This document shows positions 36,300 to 49,312 of a stretch of 50,090 bases of DNA, piece by piece. Source of the stretch: Octopus bimaculoides (lineage: Eukaryota); NCBI RefSeq assembly GCF_001194135.2, contig NC_068995.1, positions 10,308,723 to 10,358,812 of the forward strand, given 5' to 3'. The notes beneath the pieces were generated by a model that did no database searches, was not told the origin of the DNA, and worked only from the letters and a program-made list of their open reading frames with translations. Position 1 is the first letter of the stretch, and every line of letters begins with the position of its first letter. The translations under genes were made by a program, and so were the position numbers.

Positions 36300-36760
36300 T
36301 GTGTGTGTATGTGTCTGTGTGTGTGAAGAGAGAGAGGGGGGAGAGAGAGAGAGTGCGTGTGAGAGAGAAATCGAGTGAGAGAATCTAACAAAAATTTAAG
36401 TATCTTCAGGTACTTAAACCAGCGTGTTGTATTTGAGGAATCTACCATTTTGGGGTTCTTTTTACAAATTTTATTCTTTTAATTCTGAGACCTTAGTCAC
36501 TCCTTTCACATCCTCTGGATGGAAATAACTACGAAATTGACCTCATATAGCGGAAGATCAACAAGAAGCCTTTTCCTTTTTTGCAAATCATAATTGTTAT
36601 AGTTTTACTTTTTGTCAATTAATTTTTTCGCTTTCTGAAAATATCTTCGTACTTTGGTTTATAAAAGCTTTGATCGATACTGGATACCTCTCACGCGAAA
36701 GCTATTGATAAATGACATAGTCCTTTCTTGTCGCAAGCTCTTGTTCTTTGATGATGTTAA

Positions 36761-36764
<4 letters not shown>

Positions 36765-36796
<32 letters not shown>

Positions 36797-37065
36797 GAAA
36801 TGAGAAAGAAGAAAAAAGGAAAAGACTTAGAGGGAGGATAACGAAGAGAATGACGACGACTATGACGAAAACGAAGAGGAAGAAGAAAAATAAGGAGGAA
36901 GAAGAGGAGGAGGAGGAGGAGGGGGAGAAGGAGAAGAAGAAGGAGGAGGAGAAGGAGGAGAAGAAGGAGGAGAAGAAGAAGAAGAAGAAGGGGAAGGAGG
37001 AGGAGAAGAAGAAGAAGAAAAAAAGATGAAGGGAAGGAGGAGGAGAAAGAGAAGAAGAAGAAGAA
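36765..37065. repeat. Polypurine (AAAG/AAG/GAG)n tract
   Basis: Directly visible; a similar tract lies at 45715-45960. Confidence 0.93.
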
Positions 37066-37269
37066 ATGTACTTCGCTCCAAATCAAAAGGCATCACTACC
37101 GCCACCACCGACCCACAAACATTACCACACACACTACTACCAAGACAAACACCACCGACAGACTGATACGAGCGAAGGCTGTCTTACAGTCGTCAGTGTA
37201 CGGGTCACTGAAGTTTCTTCATTATCTCGTACCTTGTGAAAGAACACCAATCAGAATGTAAAGGCCAAT

Positions 37270-37281
37270 GATAATAATAAA

Positions 37282-37318
<37 letters not shown>

Positions 37319-37633
37319 TTACTGCTACTGCTGCTACTACTACTGATAATAATACTTTTCTTAGCCACAAGTGCCCTTGATATCGATGACAGAAGGACGA
37401 AATACAAATACACTGCAACATCAATCGAATTCAAAAGGCCGATAGTATTATAATCATTGTTGTTATTATTATTATTATTATCATCATAATTATCATCATC
37501 ATCATTATTATCATTGTCATAATTATCATCATCATCATCATTATCATTGTCATAATTATCATCATCATCATCATTATTATCATTGTCATAATTATCATCA
37601 TCATCATCATCATCATCATTATCATTATCATTA
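37270..37633. repeat. (ACT)n and (ATC/ATT)n trinucleotide field
   Basis: Directly visible; cattgtcataattatcatcatc recurs at about 33-36 bp period. Confidence 0.93.
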
Positions 37634-37634
37634 T

Positions 37635-37832
37635 AAGGCGGCGAGCTGGCAGAATCGTTAGCACGCTGGACGACATGCTTAGCAGGATTTCGCCCGCCGC
37701 TAGGTTCTGAGTTCAAATTCCACCGAGGTAGACTTTGCCTTTCATCCTTTCGGGTTCGATAAAATAAGAACCAGTTGCACACTGAGATTGATGTAATTCC
37801 CTTAGCGGCCCTTCTCGTAAAACTTTGAAATA
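37635..37832 (+). mobile_element. SINE family A, plus strand, diverged 3' end
   Basis: aaggcggcgagctggcagaatcgttagc...GAGTTCAAATTCC...gactttgcctttcatcctttcgggttcgataaaataagaaccag. Confidence 0.88.
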
Positions 37833-38035
37833 TTAATAATAATAAATGAGTGAGAGATCAGTGCATGCCATCAAAGTGACACTGGGGTAAAATATACGAA
37901 GCCCAATATACCCATCATGACTACCCGTCTGATAAGGGTACACCAGGCACATGCATCACAACCACATGTACGCGACATGGTGATCTCATATCAAGATAAA
38001 CAGCGCATGACCTCGCAGGTGGGGGCCAAGTTAGA

Positions 38036-38036
<1 letters not shown>
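37833..38036 (-). mobile_element. Unclassified retroposon 3' end with (AAT)n-type tail (probable LINE/SINE 3' region)
   Basis: About 200 bp of complex sequence between (AAT)n and (ATT)n arrays; resembles a recalled abundant octopus repeat. Confidence 0.4.
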
Positions 38037-38074
<38 letters not shown>

Positions 38075-38605
38075 TGTGTGTGCGTTGTAGTTATTATTGC
38101 TATTATTATTACTATTAATGATGATGGTAATGATAATGATGATGGTGATGGCGGCGGCGGCGATGATGATGATAATGAAGATGATAAAGTTTACGCTGAT
38201 GATTTCTAATATTAAATAATGATTGATATCCTCATCATCGTCATTACCGCCGACGTCGTCGTCGTCGTCATCGACGTCATCATCGTCGTCATGATCATCA
38301 TCATGGTCAGCAGCATCGACAGCGGCAGCAGCAGTAGTAGTAGTAGTAGTAGTAGAAGCAGTAGTGAAGACAGTCAAAAGGTTAATTACAACGTCATTAA
38401 TATTTTAAAGATAAAGAATTAGAACTTAAAGAAATCAATCCTTTTGTCTCCAATACACGTGCACAGATATTAATGACCCATGCACACATTCACACACACA
38501 CAGATGTACATACATAGTTACACTTTCTCGTGCATACTTTCTAAGCATACGCACATATACATACATGTAAGCACACACAATCGTACACTCAACTACATCT
38601 GCACA

Positions 38606-39005
38606 TTGTTGTTGTTGGCACTCCGTCGCTTACGACGTCGAGGGTTCCAGTTGATCCGATCAACGGAACAGCCTGCTCGTGAAATTAACGTGCAAGTGGC
38701 TGAGCACTCCATAGACACGTGTACCCTTAACGTAGTTCTCGGGGATATTCAGCGTGACACAGTGTGACAAGGCCGACACTTTTGAATTACAGGCACAACA
38801 GACACAGGAAGTAAGAGTGAGAGAAAATTGTGGTGAAAGAGTACAGCAGGGTTCGCCACCATCCCCTGAACCTCGTGGAGCTTAAGGTGTTTTTGCTCAA
38901 TAAACACTCACAATGCCCGGTCTGGGAATCGAAACCGCGATCCTATGACCGCGATCCTATGACTGCGAGTCTGCTGCCCTAACCACTAGGCGATTTCGCC
39001 TCCAC
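38606..39005 (-). mobile_element. Full-length SINE family B
   Basis: Head gtggaggcgaaatcgcctagtggttagggcagc...gtttcgattccc and a (CAA)n tail; TSD actacat(c/t)tgca(c/t)a at 38592-38605 and 39004-39017; internal 14-bp duplication at 38935-38962. Confidence 0.92.
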
Positions 39006-39397
39006 TACATTTGCATATACACATATGCAATCAAGCTTTCTGTCAACACCTCATATGTAGGATCTCTTCCCTGACGACGGAAGCCCGTCTCATCGATGAT
39101 GGAATCAATCTACAAATATTATTTTGGACCACCGAGCCCCCAGAAACAGCTGTTGGATTTGTAATACCTTTCTTTAAATACATTAATTCTTAATACTTTT
39201 ATTCTGCGTAAGGCAGACTTTTTGTATGTAAACATATGTACATTTTTGTTTTTCATGTATTTAACATACTTTTTATATTCACCTGCCTAACTTGCTTATC
39301 TTTACATTTACTGCTCTACCCGCTCAAGTTTAAACCTCTTCAGCACTACAAAGTGTATTCTAAACGAAGAATATTTGATTCTCATCTATAAAATATA

Positions 39398-39702
39398 TAT
39401 GTGCGTGTGTGTATTTACATATATATATATTTACATTATATATATATATTTACATATATATATATCTATATTGATATATATACATATATATTTATATATA
39501 TATATATATATATATATTTGCATATAAATATGTTTACATATATATATATATATATTTACATGTATATATATGTATGTATATATATATATATATATACACA
39601 TATATATATATTTACATATATATATATATACACATATATATATATTTACATATATATATATCTTTACATACACACGCACACACACATATATATATATATA
39701 TG
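39398..39702. repeat. Interrupted (TA)n field with recurring tttacat units
   Basis: Directly visible. Confidence 0.93.
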
Positions 39703-39946
39703 AGTCTAGCTCTCTGGTCATCTACTGCGATTAAGTGTCCATGCTTTCTCTTTTATTATTCGTTCCCTGCTCTTATCTTAGTAAACTCGGAATAAGTTTT
39801 CTCTGCAACATTTCAGCTCAACAAAAGTCAGTCTTTAATAGCAACACAAAACTAAAGAATGTGATAACGAAATATTGTTTCTCTTTTTCTATGTCTTTAT
39901 CACTTTGCCTATTTCTCTTCCCTCTGATTCTCTCACTAGCTATCTA

Positions 39947-40024
<78 letters not shown>

Positions 40025-40108
40025 ACTGTCTCTATCTATGTGTCTGTCTATCTATTTCTCGCTCTTTATACATGTTTGTGTATGTATTTGTGCGTGTGCA
40101 TTCATATA

Positions 40109-40289
40109 TTCTTTTACTTGTTTCAATCATTGGACTGCGGCCATGCTGGAGGACGGCCGTAAAGGGTTTTGCCGAAGAAATCGAGCGCAGTACTTATTCC
40201 TTTAATATTACTACTTATTCTGTTCTCTAATTTTGCTGGATCGTTAAATTATAGAAACATTAAAAAAATCAACATCGGTTATCAAAAGG
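40109..40289 (-). mobile_element. SINE family C 3' module (degenerate)
   Basis: cttttacttgtttcaatcattggactgcggccatgctggag... Confidence 0.75.
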
Positions 40290-40395
40290 TCTGGGTTCCA
40301 ACTCAAAGACACATACTCACATTAATAAATGCATACACACATATACATACATACATATACATATATATACATGTATATAAAATCATATGCATAGC

Positions 40396-40498
40396 CAAAG
40401 GCGTGGTTATGTGTTTAGGAGTTTACTTCCCTCCCAAGCACAAGCTTCTGGGTTCAGTCCCATTGCAGGCTATCTTGGCCAAATATCTTCTACTATAG
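40396..40498 (+). mobile_element. SINE family C head fragment
   Basis: ggcgtggttatgtgtttagg...gggttcagtcccattgcaggctatcttggccaaatatcttctactatag. Confidence 0.7.
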
Positions 40499-40996
40499 TT
40501 TCTGACAATCATGAGCGCAACATCCTAACCATTAAGCCACGCGCTTCCAAATAATAGCTAATAGTACACACTATATATTCATACAACCTTGTTAGCATTT
40601 ATTACAAGTTTCGTCTTTCGTCTACCTAAATTATTTTATCGTATTTCACTGCAATTTTACTTCTAAACTTTCCAATATTAATATCGAATTAACAACAACC
40701 TACCCTTTTGCAGACGATAAATGCGTTTTATTCTGCCCTATCATATACAGCTCTTTTTTTTGTGATATAGTCTATACCATTGCATGTATACATATAGACT
40801 ATTCCAAGCTCTTGCCATTTGATATTTTTTTTTATATTATCATTGTTTTGTTTTATAATATGAAACTGATATTTATTTTTGCCTGAAACGTTATCATATC
40901 AAATAACAAATGTGTGTATGCTTCTATTTTTTTATATATTTATAACTTGACATGAAAGGAAACGTAAATTTATATGCTGTATTTGTGTGTATATAN

Positions 40997-41949
40997 NNNN
41001 NNNNNNNNNNNNNNNNNNNNNNNNNNNNNNNNNNNNNNNNNNNNNNNNNNNNNNNNNNNNNNNNNNNNNNNNNNNNNNNNNNNNNNNNNNNNNNNNNNNN
41101 NNNNNNNNNNNNNNNNNNNNNNNNNNNNNNNNNNNNNNNNNNNNNNNNNNNNNNNNNNNNNNNNNNNNNNNNNNNNNNNNNNNNNNNNNNNNNNNNNNNN
41201 NNNNNNNNNNNNNNNNNNNNNNNNNNNNNNNNNNNNNNNNNNNNNNNNNNNNNNNNNNNNNNNNNNNNNNNNNNNNNNNNNNNNNNNNNNNNNNNNNNNN
41301 NNNNNNNNNNNNNNNNNNNNNNNNNNNNNNNNNNNNNNNNNNNNNNNNNNNNNNNNNNNNNNNNNNNNNNNNNNNNNNNNNNNNNNNNNNNNNNNNNNNN
41401 NNNNNNNNNNNNNNNNNNNNNNNNNNNNNNNNNNNNNNNNNNNNNNNNNNNNNNNNNNNNNNNNNNNNNNNNNNNNNNNNNNNNNNNNNNNNNNNNNNNN
41501 NNNNNNNNNNNNNNNNNNNNNNNNNNNNNNNNNNNNNNNNNNNNNNNNNNNNNNNNNNNNNNNNNNNNNNNNNNNNNNNNNNNNNNNNNNNNNNNNNNNN
41601 NNNNNNNNNNNNNNNNNNNNNNNNNNNNNNNNNNNNNNNNNNNNNNNNNNNNNNNNNNNNNNNNNNNNNNNNNNNNNNNNNNNNNNNNNNNNNNNNNNNN
41701 NNNNNNNNNNNNNNNNNNNNNNNNNNNNNNNNNNNNNNNNNNNNNNNNNNNNNNNNNNNNNNNNNNNNNNNNNNNNNNNNNNNNNNNNNNNNNNNNNNNN
41801 NNNNNNNNNNNNNNNNNNNNNNNNNNNNNNNNNNNNNNNNNNNNNNNNNNNNNNNNNNNNNNNNNNNNNNNNNNNNNNNNNNNNNNNNNNNNNNNNNNNN
41901 NNNNNNNNNNNNNNNNNNNNNNNNNNNNNNNNNNNNNNNNNNNNNNNNN
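40997..41949. other. Largest assembly gap (953 N), 384 bp upstream of the GPCR exon
   Basis: N run flanked by TA repeats; other gaps start at 2462, 3126, 6643, 9856, 10660, 25524, 27303, 30727, 32245, 35537 and 46339. Confidence 0.99.
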
Positions 41950-41953
41950 AGAG

Positions 41954-41984
<31 letters not shown>

Positions 41985-42333
41985 ATATATATATATGTAT
42001 ATATATATACACCCGCAGACATTCAAACTATTGCTAGTTTGATAAGTCCCAACGCACGAAACTCACGACACTTGCTAAATATTGATAAACAACATACTCA
42101 CACAAACAGACGCACATAAAAATTTCTCTTTATATTTTACAATTTAAGCCTCACCATATCTTTGTCGCTTTTAGTATTTCATATAGCGCGAAACAGTCGC
42201 GAAACTGTTGACCTTCAGCGTTGAAAGAATAACCCCCTTCTAGTTATATGTGAACTATCTTTTCTTACGTCTAAATATTCAACCGATATAGATGCAAATC
42301 ATTGACTTATCATATTTTTTCGTTATTTTGCAG

Positions 42334-42758
42334 TGACATCTACCGTATCCAGCATTCTTACGCTGACAGTCATCGCCTGCGACCGCTTCTTCGGCATTGT
42401 TTTCGCTCTAAAAGCACACATCGCAGAACGGCGTGCTTGGTATGCCATTGTCTTGCTCTGGATTATCGCCATTGTGGTGGCAGCACCACTGCTCTACGTT
42501 AGACGCCTCTTCATGACGAAATGGGCCAATCATACGGAACGATTCTGTACAGACGATTGGACTCTCGTTACAAACAGTATGAACGCGATGAAGGCAAGAC
42601 GCATCTACTACACCTTTGTTTCAATTGTGCTTTTCTTTGTTCCTGTACTAGTTATGTCCCTTGCCTACGCTATGATTATTTGGAAGTTGTGGTCGGCGCA
42701 GATTCCAGGTGAGAGGTTGGAAACGGAAAACAGGAACCAACTAAGAGTGAAACGCAAG
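42334..42758 (+). CDS. Internal coding exon of a class A (rhodopsin-like) neuropeptide-type GPCR, TM3-ICL2-TM4-ECL2-TM5-ICL3
   Basis: Acceptor ttatttttgcAG|TG (AG at 42332-42333, phase 1) and donor AAG|GTAATA (GT at 42759-42760, phase 0). The open frame reads TSTVSSILTLTVIACDRFFGIV (TM3, DRF variant of DRY), WIIAIVVAAPLLY (TM4 W and P), ECL2 Cys (ERFCTDDW), FFVPVLVMSLAYAMIIWKLW (TM5 P and Y) and IPGE...KRK (ICL3). Confidence 0.95.
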
Positions 42759-44150
42759 GTAATAATTATAACTTGTGAAAAAGTCACATTTATTTCCTTC
42801 ATTTAATGACTTTATAGATTATATTGACACGGTTTTTTATACAACTGTGTATGCGCGTGTCATTTGTGAGTCAGTGGATGTGTGAGTTTATTTGTGAGTG
42901 TGTGTTTGACACAGACTGATTTTTTCCAACCTTTGTCAAAGACAGACATTTGTTTCATTCGCTTAACGACTTTATAGACTTCCTGATATTACATTACATT
43001 GCCTTGGCTTTCTAACAACTATGTATGGGTATGTGTGTGTTATTTGTGAGTGAGTGACTGAGTGACTGAATGAGTGACTGAGTCAGTTTCTGGCTCCACG
43101 GCTCCTCAATTCGTTTCTGCCCGTTCTTTTTTGCACTCTATTTGATCCGTTTCGCTTTTTTTTGTGCAGTAGTTTCAGCTTCTTCATCTAATTCAGAGTT
43201 AATGCCAAATTTCCTCGCGAATTTACAAGCTCCCTTGACAATAGAATGTGATTTTTGCTGCTTTTGTGTTTGCACACAGGTCACAGCGTCCAACCTTCTT
43301 CTTCTTATTATTATTCTTATTCTTATTCTTATTATTCTTATTCTTATTCTTATTATTATTATTATTATTATTATCATTATTGCTGGTGTTGTTGTTGTTG
43401 TTGTGATATGATTATTATGTTCATACCAATGGTATTGCATGCTTTTATTCGTAATTGATTAATTAGTTTATCAACAACTTCCACCACACAATTATAAATT
43501 TTTCCACGAGATCGCTATTACTGCTCCTTTTTTCTCTAGGCTTCTCATGGTTACGTTTCCAGTGATACTGACACAAACACACATACAAAACACAAACAGA
43601 CACGCAAAAACACACACATACACAACACTCACACAATTTGCTGTGTTATTAAATACGAAAAAGCAAAAGGAATGAGTACCGAAATTAATGATGAAGAGCC
43701 ATCTACATCATTAAGTATTCGTTGTACTAAGATTTGAGGTTCGAAAATGAGATGAAATTTTAAAAATATCTTTGGTTGTAATCAGAAATGTGTTGCAATT
43801 GAAATCAATATTACGATCAAAGCAATTAACCATTTTATTTTTCAACTAAAAAGAACACAAATATCAACAAGCTGAATACAGCGTTGTACGTTGTCAAAAG
43901 TTGGAAAGAAATTTTTTTTAGAACTCGAACAGGAACGAAACGTAGAAAATTATCAGGAAAAACTGCAAGTGAAAATGAAAATGCTGTGAGTTAAATATCT
44001 TGCATAATTAGCGAAAAAAATTCGAACAATATAATTTTCACGATCGATTGGCAAATCTTTGACATGAACGAAATTGGCTTTTTCTGGAAGAAAATGTCAT
44101 AACATTTTGGTAAGACGTGAGACATTCCAACCTGGCTATAAAGCACCTGA

Positions 44151-44749
44151 GAATCGGTTTCTGCTTTTGGCACAAAGCCAGCAATTTCGGAAGAAGGGAT
44201 ATAACGATTACATCGATCCCAGTACTCAACTGGTACTTATTTTATCGACACCGAAAGGATGAAAAGCAAAGTGGACCTCAGTTGAATTTAAACTCAGAAC
44301 GTAAAGACGGACGAAATACCGCAAAGCATTTTTCTCGGTATGCTTGTTGTTGTTGGCACTCCGTCACTTACGACGTCGAGGATTCCAGTTGATCCGATCA
44401 ACGGAACAGCCTGCTCGTGAAATTAACGCGCAAGTGGCTGAGAACTCCACAGACACGTGTACCCTTAACGTAGTTCTCGGGGGTATTCAGCGTGACACTG
44501 TGACAAGGCTGACCCTTTGAATTGCAGGCACAATAGAAACAGGAAGTAAGAGTGAGAGAAAGTTGTGGTGAAAGAGTACAGCAGAGTTCGCTACCATCCC
44601 CTGCTGGAGCCTCGTGGAGCTTTAGGTGTTTTCGCTCAATAAACACTCACAACGCCCGGTCTGGGAATCCAAACCGCGATCCTGTGACCGCAAGTCTGCT
44701 GCCCTAACCACTGGACTATTGCGCCTCCACTCTCGGCATGCTAACCGCT
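44151..44749 (-). mobile_element. SINE family A inserted in Tigger and split by SINE B
   Basis: Tail and body at 44151-44344, head remnant at 44731-44749; TSD ctataaag(c/t)acct(g/a)a at 44136-44150 and 44750-44764. Confidence 0.85.
44345..44730 (-). mobile_element. Full-length SINE family B nested in SINE A
   Basis: Colinear with 38606-39005; TSD tctcgg(t/c)atgct at 44333-44344 and 44731-44742. Confidence 0.92.
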
Positions 44750-45565
44750 CTATAAAGTACCTAAATATTGCTGAACCATTTTATTTGGAAGCAATGCTGA
44801 AGGGAACTTCGAGTTAAACCCGACGCTTTTTTATCGAACGATGAACCCAAGCGCTTTAAAAGAAAACCACAAATAACCTCTTCCACTAACTGGTCTAAAG
44901 ATAAAGGTCTGATACCAAGTAGGATTTGTTGACGGTTGCTCTACGTCGCGCATTTGATCTGCATGTTCAAAAGAATTGTTAAAAATATAATTTAGCATGA
45001 AAGGTCTTTCGGTTCTTGACAATGCCCCTGGCCATTGTAACATACTTTATAACCTTTGCATTAACGTAGAGTTCTATCTTTACCGCACAAAATGACATCG
45101 TTCTCACATTCCATGAACCTGGGAACAATAATTACATTCAAAGTTTATTATATTCCAATAACTTTCTCACAGGCAAGTAAAGTTATAACTGGGAAAAGAA
45201 GCAATTTCTCTTCAAGAATTTAGAGAGAGAAAAAAATACATTTAATAAACCTTCGAAAATATTGACGAGTCATAAGACGTGATAATCAGTTGTATGAGAG
45301 CGGCAGCCTTCCAAAAATACTTTGCCTGAATGCGCTCATGATTTCAGGTGTTTCACAAATTCAGTAAATAGAATCATTGATTGATGAAATTGTTGCCATT
45401 GGGATGAAGACAAAAATGTTTGTCTTCGAGGATGTTGATTGGGGAAAATGCTCGTGAATTATTGGTTTCACAATGAGAAAATTTAAGCGACGAAGTTGTC
45501 ATTGGGAAACGGGTGACTAGAGGGCATATGGGGGGAAGAGGAAGGGGATGAGCAGGAAGAAGAAG

Positions 45566-45703
<138 letters not shown>

Positions 45704-45918
45704 GTGAACGAGAAGAAAAGTGAAAGAAAGAAAGAAAGAAAAAAGAAAATGAGGAAGAAGAGAGGAGTGAAAAGTCGACGAGGTAAAGAAGAAGAAAAAA
45801 AATAAAAAGAAAAAGAAACAGAAAAAGAAGAAAAAGAAAAAGAAAAAGAAAAAGAAGAAGAAAAAGAAAAAAAGAAAAAGAAAAAGAAAAAGAAAAAGAA
45901 GAAAAAGAAAAAGAAAAA

Positions 45919-45951
<33 letters not shown>

Positions 45952-47432
45952 AATGAGAGAAAAGAAAAAAGGAGTGAGAAGACTAAGAGAGAGGATAACG
46001 ACAACGACGAGAAAAAGAGATTGGAGAACGAAGAGGATATTAAGAAAGGGGAAATGTCTCAGAGTGGAAAAGAGCAGCGAAGAAAACAACTTGATTTTTC
46101 TCGAAATAGAGTCTGCAAAGAGTCGAAAAAAATGCACAATTAATAGCATCTGCATTCGAATGTCGACAGAAGTATGCTCATTCACTGCGATTAAGATAAT
46201 GAAACATCTTGTGACCATAAAATGTGTGCAGAGAAAGAAAAACTGATAAAACTGTTGACCTGGCATTTGGTCACTTGAAAAATCATTCTTTCTGAAGAAT
46301 GAATAATTAACGGTAATTCTAAATTGGTATTTTCTATTNNNNNNNNNNNNNNNNNNNNNNNNNNNNNNNNNNNNNNNNNNNNNNNNNNNNNNNNNNNNNN
46401 NNNNNNNNNNNNNNNNNNNNNNNNNNNNNNNNNNNNNNNNNNNNNNNNNNNNNNNNNNNNNNNNNNNNNNNNNNNNNNNNNNNNNNNNNATATATATGCG
46501 AGTAAAAATAAATACAAAAAAGGTGGTTTTTTTGTATGATTGTGTATAGAGGAATATATTATTTTGTTTAAAAGAGTTCCAACACTGTCTGTTTTTTATG
46601 TTTTATTTATATTCCTGCAGAACCAATGCGGGGTATAGAATATGGAATATACAATATATAATATAATATACAATATATAATATATGAAGTACAACCGGAG
46701 GAATGAGTTACTTGTGTTTAAATGATGTTATAATTAAGCATACACTTGAACAAACATACATGCACTATACGTTTGTGCACGTGTGTGTGTATAAGTATGT
46801 ATGTATATGTAATAGGTAAAAATTAATAGATATTCAGGTGTTGAAGTCATGTTACAAACGTTTTACTAGCATGGAAATTTATTTGCACTCTGATATACTA
46901 CATCAGTATGTCATACGCAACATTGCCCGTCATTTCATTGGGCATCTGTGAACCTTCAGAAGGCAGAAAGAGCGACAAACAATTATAGACAGTAGGAATT
47001 CATATATGTGAGCCGCTACACGCACACACACATTACAAGAATTAAAAAATGCTTTACAGCTGTTTCAGAACTTCAGTGAATGATTAATATTATGATACAT
47101 ATTATGGAAAGAGATGCACAAAATGAAGCAATATTACACTAAGTAAACAAAAATATCAACAACTGCATAAACTGACATAACTATCATTAAATAAATGTTG
47201 CAATAAAGGTCAATCGTAGCCTTGTAAAATATACATAACATCTCATATGAATGAATTTTTACCATCTTTATCTGTGTGATCATCTTTCCTCTTTATTTCT
47301 CGCTCGAGCTGCGTATTTCTCATAATCAACCCTTGTTCTGCTGGACTACTTAACTCTAATAAATTGGAGTAACAATTTGGTGCTTATCTACACTACGCTT
47401 CAGAATTTCCTAAAATTTCGAGCGAACGTGAA

Positions 47433-47483
<51 letters not shown>

Positions 47484-47972
47484 TGTGGATGTATTTAAGT
47501 TTCTTTTCAATTAAATTCCTCGCATTTATTATACACGAGTAACTACTTCATACTCTCACGAGGTTTTTACAGGATTGCTGTCTAACTTCAGACAGTCAAG
47601 CTTTATTTATTAATAGCTTGTTCGGCACACCCTTATCTTCTCATCATATAACCTGCATATCACTCACTATCTGGATGGACACGCAATAGTCTTGGAGGAA
47701 TCGATTTTAACAGATTCTGTAAAGCTTACACATAATGGTTAAGCAAGTAAAGCTATTTATACTTGTCTACCAAGAGAATATTTCCATTTTTGGCATCAAG
47801 AATGGGTAGTTCTATAGAGTAAGCCATTGTAGTATATCAGTTTTGCCATTCATGGAATAGTCTTTGTGGTTTTCTATGTGATTACGTCTATGAAAATAAA
47901 TATGTATAGCAGTGTGTATATATATATTATGAGTGCATAGAGAGAAAAGCATGTGCCTAAATTTATGTATAT

Positions 47973-48082
<110 letters not shown>

Positions 48083-48223
48083 GCATATATCTTTCGTATA
48101 CATATTTCTGTACATATTCATCCGAATAAATATGTATACATATATAAGTAGGTGTGTATATATACATATATATGAATGTGTGTATGAGTGTATCTGTATA
48201 TATATATATGTATATATATATGC

Positions 48224-48271
<48 letters not shown>

Positions 48272-49277
48272 ATAAATGAATATATATATATATATAGATA
48301 TATACGCACACACATACATACACACACATCTATATATCAATACATACATAAAAATGTGTGAGTGTGTTTGTGTGTGTCTGCATGACTGTGTGTCTGTGTA
48401 TATCCGTGTGCGTGTGTGTGTGTGTAAATTTATCTCTACGTACATATAGTAAATGTATGTACGCCCACATGTATATAAGTGTGCATCTATGTGCTTTAGT
48501 ATGTGTTTTAGTGTTCACATGTTTGTGTATGTGTGTACGTATGTCTGTGTATGTGTGTGTGCACGCGCGCGCATGCGTCTGCGTCAGAGTCTTTCTGTTC
48601 CTTCATTCATTTAACTATAATGCTGAATTTATGTGCTTAGATCTCAAAAACAAAAACGAAATACTGTTCAAACTACAATAAATCAAACGATGAATCTATA
48701 TTCTGGACCTCACAACAATAGAAAATAAAACTATGAGGCAAGATTAATAACAAAAAGAAAAAGAAAAAAATAACATGCAAGCATTCTAAAAGACAAAGAA
48801 AGAAAGCATAGAGATTTTTATCTGAATAATTCTTGTCTGGTATTAATGCTTAAGGATTCGAGCATTTATTCACCGTACAACTGTGCATAATATTAGTTAA
48901 CTGGTTAACAAGAATTAAAGTCACAAGACTTACATATGGGTTATCTCATTGTAATATCAGATCAGACCAGAAGTCTCCGGTTTTGACATCTACTAACTGA
49001 ATAACACAGGAAAATTTCGAGATAAAACAAAGTAAAAAGATTATGAAATAAAAACGCTACGCACAAATGATGTAAAATGATGTTAAAGGAGGGAATCTTT
49101 GGGGCTGGGAAGATCGAATGAATATATTAATATGTATAAATGTATGAATATGAAATGCATTCCGCTTCTTTGTATGCAATTGATATCAGTGTATGCGATA
49201 TACACTTTTGACACAAGAGGGTATTCAAGTACTACTGTGTATTTTATATCACAAAATAATGAGAAATAAATCAATAC

Positions 49278-49312
<35 letters not shown>

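Larger units (their letters stand above)
43890..45478 (+). mobile_element. Tigger/pogo-type DDE transposase relic, interrupted by SINEs
   Basis: KLSGKTASENENA / QIFDMNEIGFFWKKM (cf. DETGLFWKKMP) / QPGYKAP [insertion] K..*TILFGSNAEGNFELNPTLFYR..NPSALK / LDNAPGH / LPHKMTSFSHSMNLGTIITFKVYY; many stops and frameshifts. Confidence 0.88.

Noticed and set aside
38930-39005. tRNA-like A/B boxes here and in the other SINE heads
   Set aside because: They continue into SINE bodies with tails and TSDs and lack a proper cloverleaf; they are not tRNA genes.
46590-46650. Pyrimidine tract plus cctgcAG at 46620 as acceptor of the next GPCR exon
   Set aside because: No downstream frame encodes TM6 (VxKML...CWxP).
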